Below, piece by piece: positions 20,701 through 27,523 of a DNA stretch of 64,000 nt (position 1 is its first letter; each line of letters begins with the position of its first letter). The DNA comes from an uncultured Pirellulales bacterium. GTDB lineage: Bacteria; Planctomycetota; Phycisphaerae; Sedimentisphaerales; Anaerobacaceae. Under the pieces are notes generated by a model. It had not been told where the DNA came from, did not search any database, and saw only the letters and a program-made list of their open reading frames with translations. The position numbers and the translations under genes are program-made. The stretch is from assembly GCA_964415045.1 (NCBI GenBank), contig CAYPZL010000001.1, positions 14,210 to 78,209 of the forward strand, given 5' to 3'.

Positions 20701-21094
20701 CGCCGTCGAGAATACGTATTTGTCCATATTCATGGTTCTCGGCGGTCTGGGCCTGATTCTCGGCAGCATCGGCCTGGGACTGGTGGTGCTGCGCAATATG
20801 CTGGAACGGCGCGGCGAGCTGGCGATGCTGCGGGCGGTCGGATTTGACAAGGTCCGCTTGAAGCGTATGGTATTCTACGAGCACGGAGGGCTGATGCTGG
20901 CCGGGCTGGTGTGCGGGGTCTTCTCCGCCGTCATAGCGGTGATTCCCGCTTTGCAGTCCCCGGGCGGCGCGGTCCCGTATCTGTCGCTGGCCGCGACGGT
21001 GCTGCTGATCGCCGTCAGCGGCGCGCTTTGGGTGTGGATTGCCGCCGGCCTTGCGCTTCGCGGGCACCTGCTGGATGCGTTGCGTGTGGAATAG
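17777..21094 (+). CDS. large FtsX-family (MacB-like, duplicated) ABC transporter permease
   Basis: 1105 aa. 4-nt overlap with the ATPase gene. Two TM bundles, each following a large extracytoplasmic domain. Confidence 0.8.
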   Translation: MSIWRLIAESLWFYRRTNVAVLLAVVVATGVLTGALVVGDSVSYTLARTLEARLGEAEFALVPQGRYFRAGLADDLAEQLGSRVAPVLQVPGIITNDDDTRRVNRVTVLGVDERFYAVGPGANPFGERTAEGVVLSESVADRLGVTAGGEIVLRIEKPGLMPRDVPLVSDKDRTVAFRLRVQAVAGTSDFGRFDLRANQTAPLNVFVPLAWLGQQIEQEGRANLLLAAHLKPGITTDEVNAAVQECWQLADAGLELRRLAEPNVVELRSRRIFIEESFGREAARATDDAESILTYFVNEIRRGEKATPYSMVAAVGGDAGLGSLIPRDMGSDEVIINRWLAEDLGAAVGDFVEMTYYLVGPKRKLHEVRSRFKVIDVVELAGRAKDPNLMPDFPGLADAENCRDWEPGVPIDLDRIRPKDEQYWDTYRGTPKAFITLTAGQTRWRNRYGNLTAVRYPYREGLAEQIEAHLRGAVDPAQAGLFFQPVRQRGAKAGREGTDFGQLFLGLSMFLIAAAVILTGLLFVFGVESRADQVGMLLAVGWPAKRVKRLLLAEGGVVALLGTLVGIWAGVVYTRLMIYGLSTLWSGAVTGTAIRFHAESATLATGGLGGLAAALFAVWVTLRKQVSRPACQLMAGNLEPRPDRRGSRLRGKLGLVVAVVAFAGVILFLVLMAGGDSQAVAGAFFGAGALLLLGVLGLGHAVLRTLAAGWDRPMLSLRGLGFRSSARRTGRSLAIVGLLACGVFMVVAVGANRRNALKAPQSRSSGTGGFALYGESAVAILHDLNSEEGRKELGLDPRGLAGVEVVQFRVREGDDASCFNLNRAQQPRLLGVDPKELARRDAFTFTEVVTDADGTGWDLLDMDLETGVVPAVGDYPTVFWALGKNIGDELEYSDEKGRSLRVRIVGMVESSILQGSLVIAENEFTARFPSVDGYGVFLIDAPAEAVESVSDELSSALRDYGLVLTPAAERQAAFGAVENTYLSIFMVLGGLGLILGSIGLGLVVLRNMLERRGELAMLRAVGFDKVRLKRMVFYEHGGLMLAGLVCGVFSAVIAVIPALQSPGGAVPYLSLAATVLLIAVSGALWVWIAAGLALRGHLLDALRVE

Positions 21095-21119
21095 ATAAGG
21101 ATCGATACAAGGGGTTGCG

Positions 21120-22538
21120 ATGAAAAAACGGGTTGTTGCCGACATCGTACCGATGGCGTTTGCGGTCGCGGGTGTGATCTGCCTGATGTACGTCTGGCTC
21201 AGCGCCGACGCGGCGGTCGATCTCCAGGAGCGGCTGCCGGGCGGCGACAACCGGCCGGCGGGCATTGCCGGCAGTGACGCTCCGGTAAAGCTTACCGGCA
21301 CGCTGGTTGCGCTCGACGGTGTGCCGGCGGATCTGCCCGGCGCCTGGCCCCGCTTCCGGGGGGCCAACTACGACGGCGTCAGTCGGGAAGCTGTGCCGTT
21401 GCAGCGACAATGGCCCGAAGAGGGACCGCCGGAGCTCTGGTCCATCGAGGTGGGGGAAGGGTACGCCGGAGCGGCGGTCTTGAACGGCAAAGTGTATCTG
21501 CTGGACTACGACCGGGCCAACGAAGCGGACGTCGTGCGGTGCCTCTCGCTGGCGGATGGACGTGACATCTGGCAATATTCCTATCCGGTGAAGATCAAGC
21601 GATGGCATGGCATGAGCCGTACCGTACCGGCCGTGACCGACGAGTTCGTTGTCACCCTGGGGCCCAAGGGGCACGTGACCTGCCTGGATGCCAAGACGGG
21701 CGAGTTCAAGTGGATGCTGAATCTCGTGCGGGAGTACAACACGAAACTGCCGCAGTGGTATGCGGCGCAGTGCCCCGTGATCGACGACGGCAAAGCGATC
21801 ATCGCGCCGGCCGGCGACGTGTTGATGATGGCCGTGGATTGTGCCACCGGCGAGATCGTCTGGCAGACGCCCAACCCGGACAGATGGGTGATGACGCATT
21901 CGTCGATCGTACCGATGGAATTCAAGGGACGCCGTTTCTACATCTACTGCGGCGGTTCCACCAACGCCGGCGGCGTCGTCGGCGTTTCGGCCGCCGACGG
22001 CAGTGTGGTGTGGAAGACGGAGGAGTGGAAGGTGCGCACGAACGTCCCGATGCCGGTTCTTGTCGGCGAGGACCGCATCTTCTTCACCGCCGGTTACGGC
22101 CAGTACGACAACGGGTGTATGATGATGCGCCTGGTCGAGTCCGACGGCCGGATCGTGCCCGAAGTGGAGTTTTCTCATCCGACGGATGTTTTCGGCTCCA
22201 TGCAGCATACGCCGGTCTATTACGAAGGCTATATCTACGGCGTCGGCATGGACAAGCAGTTGAGCTGTCTCGACGTGCAGGGCAACGTAGTTTGGACCAG
22301 CACGAGCGAGAACCGGTTCGGCAGCGGCCCGTATATCATTGCCGACGGTCTCATCTACGTTCTCGACGACTCCGGCGTGCTCACGCTCGTCGAGGCCACC
22401 TCCAGCGGGTACGTGCAACTGGACCAGGCGCAGGTGCTGGAGGGAATCGAGTCCTGGGCGCCGATTGCCGTCGCTTCGGGCCGGTTGATCGTGCGGGACC
22501 TGACGCGCATGGCGTGTCTGGACGTGGCTCAGCGGTAG
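21120..22538 (+). CDS. membrane-anchored PQQ-like beta-propeller repeat protein
   Basis: TM 'IVPMAFAVAGVICLMYVWL', 'AWPRFRGANYDG' motif, propeller blade repeats. Confidence 0.8.
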   Translation: MKKRVVADIVPMAFAVAGVICLMYVWLSADAAVDLQERLPGGDNRPAGIAGSDAPVKLTGTLVALDGVPADLPGAWPRFRGANYDGVSREAVPLQRQWPEEGPPELWSIEVGEGYAGAAVLNGKVYLLDYDRANEADVVRCLSLADGRDIWQYSYPVKIKRWHGMSRTVPAVTDEFVVTLGPKGHVTCLDAKTGEFKWMLNLVREYNTKLPQWYAAQCPVIDDGKAIIAPAGDVLMMAVDCATGEIVWQTPNPDRWVMTHSSIVPMEFKGRRFYIYCGGSTNAGGVVGVSAADGSVVWKTEEWKVRTNVPMPVLVGEDRIFFTAGYGQYDNGCMMMRLVESDGRIVPEVEFSHPTDVFGSMQHTPVYYEGYIYGVGMDKQLSCLDVQGNVVWTSTSENRFGSGPYIIADGLIYVLDDSGVLTLVEATSSGYVQLDQAQVLEGIESWAPIAVASGRLIVRDLTRMACLDVAQR

Positions 22539-22545
22539 AGCGGCG

Positions 22546-22574
22546 TTGATGAAGGCGCCTGGGCCTGCTATACT
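22546..22574 (+). promoter_or_regulatory. possible internal promoter TTGATG-17nt-TATACT ahead of the NHL gene
   Basis: Hexamers at 22546-22551 and 22569-22574, inside the only sizeable gap (81 nt) of the gene string. Confidence 0.35.
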
Positions 22575-22619
22575 GCCGGTTCTGCAAGTTGTTTCCAGAT
22601 AAAGGAATAGAGCGTAATC

Positions 22620-23663
22620 GTGACCAGAGAAGCCGGGGAAATAGACGTCAAGCTGTTTCTGGTGGTCCTTGTCGTCGTGGTGGCGGCGGTGGGTGTTGTG
22701 GCCGTCCTTCAGCTCGATACGACAGGCCGGTCGGGTAGCGGCCTGAGCGACGCGTTCAGCTATGATCTGACCGAGCTGACGCGGGTGGACCCGAACCTCA
22801 TTCTGTACGAAGAGGTGGGGCAGCCGCTGAATACGGGCTTTGTCCTGTCCCGCGCCATTGCCCTGGATTCCAATGGACGGATTTTTGTCACGGGAGACAA
22901 AGCGATCCGCATATTCAGCCGGCCGGGCAGCCTGCAGCGGATCATCGATATCGCCGGCGAGCCGCGCTGCCTGACGGTGGCCGATGACGGCAAGGTGTAC
23001 GTGGGTGTCGAAGACCACGTCGAGGTCTGGGACAGCAGTGGCCGGCGCCTCGCCGCCTGGCAGCCTCTCGGCGAAGAGGCGGTCCTGACCAGTATTGCGA
23101 AGTACAAAGACAGCGTATTTGTCGCCGATGCGGGTCACCGCGTCGTGCTCCATTATGATTTGGCGGGCAACCTGATCGACTTCATCGGCGAGAAGGACCC
23201 GGACAGGAACATTCCCGGTTTCGTCGTTCCGGGGCCTCACATGGACGTGGCTGTCTCTCGTGACGGTCTGCTGCGCGTCGTCAACCCGGGGCGGCACCGC
23301 ATCGAGGCATACACGCTTGAGGGCGACCTGGAGTTCTGGTGGGGCGAGCCCTCGGCCAAGATCGAAGGCTTCTGCGGATGCTGCAATCCCGTGAACTTCG
23401 CGCTGTTGCCCAACCAGGGTTTTGTCACCAGCGAGAAGGGGCTGGTGAGAGTGAAGGTGTACAACAGCGACGGCGGGTTTGTCGGAGTGGTGGCCGGCCA
23501 CGAGCAGTTGACCGATGGCGTGCAGGCCAAGATCTGCGAGACGCCGGAAGAATGTCAGGGAGCCGGTCTGGACGTGGCCGCCGACGCCGACGGTCGCATC
23601 TACATCCTGGACCCGCCGGAGAATGTGATCAGAATCTTCGCAAGGAAAGAAGCACGCCCATGA
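22620..23663 (+). CDS. membrane-anchored NHL-repeat beta-propeller protein
   Basis: GTG start. TM 'LFLVVLVVVVAAVGVVAVL'. NHL-like repeats ('RIFVTGDKAIRIF', 'KVYVGVEDHVEVW', 'RIYILDPPENVIRIF'). Unusual 'GFCGCCNPVNF' cluster. Confidence 0.7.
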   Translation: MTREAGEIDVKLFLVVLVVVVAAVGVVAVLQLDTTGRSGSGLSDAFSYDLTELTRVDPNLILYEEVGQPLNTGFVLSRAIALDSNGRIFVTGDKAIRIFSRPGSLQRIIDIAGEPRCLTVADDGKVYVGVEDHVEVWDSSGRRLAAWQPLGEEAVLTSIAKYKDSVFVADAGHRVVLHYDLAGNLIDFIGEKDPDRNIPGFVVPGPHMDVAVSRDGLLRVVNPGRHRIEAYTLEGDLEFWWGEPSAKIEGFCGCCNPVNFALLPNQGFVTSEKGLVRVKVYNSDGGFVGVVAGHEQLTDGVQAKICETPEECQGAGLDVAADADGRIYILDPPENVIRIFARKEARP

Positions 23664-23905
23664 GCGAATCTGCAAGGAATCGACATACGCGCAGGCGTTT
23701 TTTTGCCGGGGCGCTGAGAAACGCATCGCTGGCACTGCTGGGGGCCGGCAGCGGGGCCGCGGTCGTCAAGCGACGCCGCCTCTTGCGGGAAGGCAAGTGC
23801 CTCAACCAGGGAATTTGCTCGCAGTGCGAGGTCTTCGCGGAATGTGGTTTACCGCGGGCCCTTTCGGTTCGGCGCGCGATGAAGAGGAGTCACGATGACG
23901 CGTAA
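23660..23905 (+). CDS. small Tat-signal protein with Cx5Cx2Cx5C motif
   Basis: ATG overlaps the upstream TGA. Twin-arginine 'TRRRFFAGAL', then 'CLNQGICSQCEVFAEC'. 81 aa. Confidence 0.5.
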   Translation: MSESARNRHTRRRFFAGALRNASLALLGAGSGAAVVKRRRLLREGKCLNQGICSQCEVFAECGLPRALSVRRAMKRSHDDA

Positions 23906-24458
23906 CAGAGACGTGATGAGCAGACGCAAATTCTTGCGTGAGGGCCTCTGGGGTGCCTGCCTGGCCGGGTTGGGTGGCGCCTCCGGCCTGAGCGTGGCGC
24001 GGAACAACCGTGACAACATGGTCTGGCAGATCGATCCGCATCTGTGTATTCAGTGCGGCAACTGCGCGACGTATTGCGTGCTGGAGGAATCGGCGGTCAA
24101 GTGCGTCCACTCGTATGCCAAGTGCGGATATTGCGATCTTTGTACGGCGTACTTAGTGCCGGAGCCGACGGCGCTGGATACCGGCGCGGAGAACGAGCTG
24201 TGCCCGACGGGCGCGATCAAGCGGACCTTCGTGGAGGATCCCTACTACGAGTACACCATCGATGAGTCGCTGTGCAACGGTTGCGGCAAATGCGTCAAGG
24301 GATGCAACGCGTTCGGCAATGGATCGCTCTATCTCCAGGTCCGTCACGATCGGTGCCTGAACTGCAATGAGTGTGCGATCGCGGTTGCCTGTCCATCGCA
24401 GGCGTTCAAGCGGGTTCCTGCGGATCAGCCCTACCTGCTGAAAGAAGTGGTTCATTGA
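23895..24458 (+). CDS. Tat-exported 4Fe-4S polyferredoxin (NapG/NosG-like)
   Basis: 'SRRKFLREGL' Tat motif. Cluster motifs 'CIQCGNCATYC', 'CGYCDLC', 'CNGCGKCVKGC' and 'CLNCNECAIAVACP'. Confidence 0.8.
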   Translation: MTRNRDVMSRRKFLREGLWGACLAGLGGASGLSVARNNRDNMVWQIDPHLCIQCGNCATYCVLEESAVKCVHSYAKCGYCDLCTAYLVPEPTALDTGAENELCPTGAIKRTFVEDPYYEYTIDESLCNGCGKCVKGCNAFGNGSLYLQVRHDRCLNCNECAIAVACPSQAFKRVPADQPYLLKEVVH

Positions 24459-25762
24459 TGATGGTGCGTTTGGCTCGTCTCACGATCTTCGTTGCCGTAT
24501 TGCTGGCGCCGTCTCTGGCGGTTTGTGAAGAGTATCGTTTTCCTCCGCCCGATTTCGAGAGCGGCTACGAGCTTCCCGAAACGGAGGTTCCGCCGGCCCG
24601 CGACAGCGTATATGAGTACGTCGATACGGCGGTGTTTTTGCTGGCCCTGGTCCTGGCCTCGTACCTGATCCACAAGAAACGCAGCCGTCGCGCTATTTAC
24701 GCGCTGGTGATCTTCTCCCTGTTGTACTTTGGTTTCTGGCGGCGCGGGTGCATCTGCGCGATCGGGGCGATTCAAAACGTCACGCTGACGATTTTCGACA
24801 GCAGCTACGCGATCCCGATCACGGCGGCGATCTTCTTCGTCCTCCCCCTGGCCTTTACGCTGTTTTTCGGCCGGACGTTTTGCGGAGCCGTTTGTCCGCT
24901 GGGGATGATCCAGGACGTAGTGCTCGTACGCCCGGTGAAGGTTCCGCTCTGGCTGGAGAGCGCTCTGCGTTTGCTAGCCTACGCGTATCTCGGTGCAGCG
25001 GTGCTCTTTGCCGCCACCGGCAGCGCGTTTCTCATCTGTCGCTACGATCCGTTCGTCGCGTTCTTTCGGCTCAGCGGCAACTGGAATCTCCTGGTCTTCG
25101 GGACCTCTCTGCTGCTGATTGGACTCTTTGTCGGGCGGCCGTACTGCCGGTTTCTATGTCCTTACGGCGTGCTGCTGCGGCAGTTCTCGCGTCTCTCGAA
25201 ATGGCGCGTCACGATCACGCCGACCGAGTGCGTCAAGTGCCGTTTGTGTGAGGACGCCTGCCCCTTCGGCGCCATTCACGAGCCGACGGAAGACTGGCCG
25301 GCAGGGGAGTACCGAATCGCCAAGAAGAGGCTCGCGTTGTTTCTGGTCTTGCTGCCGGTTCTGATCGCCGGCGGTGCGTGGGGCGGTCATAAACTCAAGG
25401 CGCCTTTGGCGCGGATGCATCCGACCGTGCGGACCGCCGAGCGGGTCTACCTGGAAGAGATGGGGCAGATCGAGGGCACCGACGACGTCAGCGACGCGTT
25501 TCGCGCGACCGGCCGGGCCAGCAGCGATCTCTATCGCGAGGCCTCGATGCTGCGCGACCGGTTCGCTCTGGGCGGCGCGCTGCTCGGCGGGTTCCTGGGT
25601 TTCGTGGTGGGAGGCAAGCTGATCGCGCTGTCGGTACGCCGCCGACGGAGCGACTACGAGGCGGACCCGGCCGGCTGCCTGGCCTGCGGACGCTGCTACC
25701 GCTACTGTCCGAAGGAGCACGAACGGTTGAAACTGAAAAAGGAGCGGATCCCCGCACACTGA
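24458..25762 (+). CDS. NapH/NosH/MauN-like integral-membrane polyferredoxin
   Basis: ATG overlaps the upstream TGA. Membrane 'FCGAVCPLG' and 'YCRFLCPYG' motifs, plus 'CVKCRLCEDACP' and 'CLACGRCYRYCP'. Confidence 0.8.
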   Translation: MMVRLARLTIFVAVLLAPSLAVCEEYRFPPPDFESGYELPETEVPPARDSVYEYVDTAVFLLALVLASYLIHKKRSRRAIYALVIFSLLYFGFWRRGCICAIGAIQNVTLTIFDSSYAIPITAAIFFVLPLAFTLFFGRTFCGAVCPLGMIQDVVLVRPVKVPLWLESALRLLAYAYLGAAVLFAATGSAFLICRYDPFVAFFRLSGNWNLLVFGTSLLLIGLFVGRPYCRFLCPYGVLLRQFSRLSKWRVTITPTECVKCRLCEDACPFGAIHEPTEDWPAGEYRIAKKRLALFLVLLPVLIAGGAWGGHKLKAPLARMHPTVRTAERVYLEEMGQIEGTDDVSDAFRATGRASSDLYREASMLRDRFALGGALLGGFLGFVVGGKLIALSVRRRRSDYEADPAGCLACGRCYRYCPKEHERLKLKKERIPAH

Positions 25763-27504
25763 TGACGGAAACCATGGAACAGATTCCTGAACGCGATAAA
25801 GGGCTCGGCTACCAGACGGCGCGAAGGACGGCTATCGTTGGAGCCGTTTTTGGGTGCATTTTCGCTGCTCTTCTGGTTGCCAACCTCATCGGCAGCGCCG
25901 TCCTCGGGCCGGCGCGTGAGCTCAGGCTGGATGCCATGAAGCTCCGCGTCCAGAAAGAGCCGGACAACAAAGAGCTGCTGGCTGAAATTCGCCGGTTGGA
26001 CCTGAAAATACGTCGCGACCGGCTCTGGCGCTGGGAGTTTGACCGCAAGGCTGCCTACATGCTGTTAGGCAGCGTCGTCGTTTTCCTGGTTGGTGCGCAG
26101 GTGGCGCGTCTGCTGACGAGGGAGCCACCGCGACCGGGGCCCGTTCGCGACGTGGGTGAGGTCCAGATCGAGTCCGCCATGCATGCGCGCTGGGCCGTGG
26201 CGGGGGCCCTGATTTTGTTAGCGGGCGGCGCCTGGCTGTTCTACAGCAGGGGGGCGGTGGATTTCGCTCGCGCGCAGGATCAAGGGCCCGCCTACGCGTC
26301 GATGGCGGAAATGCGCGAGCAATGGCCCCGTTTCCGCGGCCCGGGCGGTGCGGGAATCAGCATGTATACCAACATACCCACGCGCTGGGACGGCAAGACG
26401 GGCGAGGGAATTCTCTGGAAAGCGGAGGTCCCGCTGCCGGGACGAAACTCCCCGGTCGTCTGGAAGGATCGAATTTTCCTCACGGGGGCGGACCCGAACG
26501 CCCGCGAAGTGTACTGCTTCGACGCCGCCGACGGCCGGCTGCTCTGGCGCGGCGACGTTCCTACGGTGCCTTTGCCGGAGGATGCGGAGCTGGACCTGAT
26601 GGAGGACACGGGCTACGCCGCTTCGACGGCGGCCACCGACGGCCGGCGCGTGTACGCGATCTTTGCCACCGGCGACGTGGCCGCGTTCGATTTCAACGGC
26701 CGGCGGCTCTGGCATAAGAACCTGGGCCTGCCGGACAACGTCTACGGTTTCGCCGCGTCTCTGGAGACCTACGAGAACCTCGTTCTCATTCAATACGATC
26801 AGAGTGACGGCACGGACGGCAAATCGCGCCTCTATGCGCTGGACGGCTTGTCGGGGCGCACCGTGTGGGATGTCGGGCGGGCACTGCCGAATTCCTGGAC
26901 GTCGCCGGTCGTGGTGGAAGTGGAGGGCCGGTACCAGCTTGTGACGCTCTCCGATCCGTGCGCCGTCGCTTACGATCCCTCCGACGGGCGCGAGCTGTGG
27001 CGGGCCGAATGCGCCACGGGCGACGTCGCCGCCTCGCCCATCTATGCGGGCGGCCTGATCCTCGTGATCGAACCTTACGCGCATTTAGCTGCGATCAAGC
27101 CGGACGGCCAGGGCGATGTCACCGAAACCCACATCGCCTGGCGGATGGAGGAGGGCGGGCCCGACATCTGCTCCCCGGTGGCCAACGACCAGTACGTGTA
27201 TCTGATGGAGAGCGAAGGGTTGTTGATCTGCTGCAACGTGCAGACCGGGGAGAAACTCTACGAGCACGACCTGAGAGAGAGTTTCACGGCGTCTCCCAGC
27301 ATGGTGGCGGACAAGCTCTACCTGCTGGATATGAAGGGCGTGATGCACATTGCCGAGGTCGGGCCGGAATACAAGGAAATCACCACGTGCGCTCTGGGCG
27401 AGGAGTGTTTTGCCTCGCCGGCGTTCGCGAATGGGCGGATCTACATCCGGGGCGACAAGAACCTGTACTGCATTGGCGAAGCCCCGCAGAGCAGCCCGCG
27501 TTGA
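25762..27504 (+). CDS. polytopic-anchored PQQ-like beta-propeller repeat protein
   Basis: 1-nt overlap with the upstream stop. About three N-terminal TM segments, then 'QWPRFRGPGGAG' and blade repeats. Confidence 0.8.
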   Translation: MTETMEQIPERDKGLGYQTARRTAIVGAVFGCIFAALLVANLIGSAVLGPARELRLDAMKLRVQKEPDNKELLAEIRRLDLKIRRDRLWRWEFDRKAAYMLLGSVVVFLVGAQVARLLTREPPRPGPVRDVGEVQIESAMHARWAVAGALILLAGGAWLFYSRGAVDFARAQDQGPAYASMAEMREQWPRFRGPGGAGISMYTNIPTRWDGKTGEGILWKAEVPLPGRNSPVVWKDRIFLTGADPNAREVYCFDAADGRLLWRGDVPTVPLPEDAELDLMEDTGYAASTAATDGRRVYAIFATGDVAAFDFNGRRLWHKNLGLPDNVYGFAASLETYENLVLIQYDQSDGTDGKSRLYALDGLSGRTVWDVGRALPNSWTSPVVVEVEGRYQLVTLSDPCAVAYDPSDGRELWRAECATGDVAASPIYAGGLILVIEPYAHLAAIKPDGQGDVTETHIAWRMEEGGPDICSPVANDQYVYLMESEGLLICCNVQTGEKLYEHDLRESFTASPSMVADKLYLLDMKGVMHIAEVGPEYKEITTCALGEECFASPAFANGRIYIRGDKNLYCIGEAPQSSPR

Positions 27505-27523
27505 CAGGGTGAACTGAGCTTCT

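Noticed and set aside
21120-27504. The idea that the cluster is a divergent nos (N2O reductase) locus.
   Set aside because: I saw no cupredoxin/CuA motif, NosD/NosL-type proteins or Tat-signal propeller. Only the organisational analogy (GH-like module, ABC system, propeller) holds.
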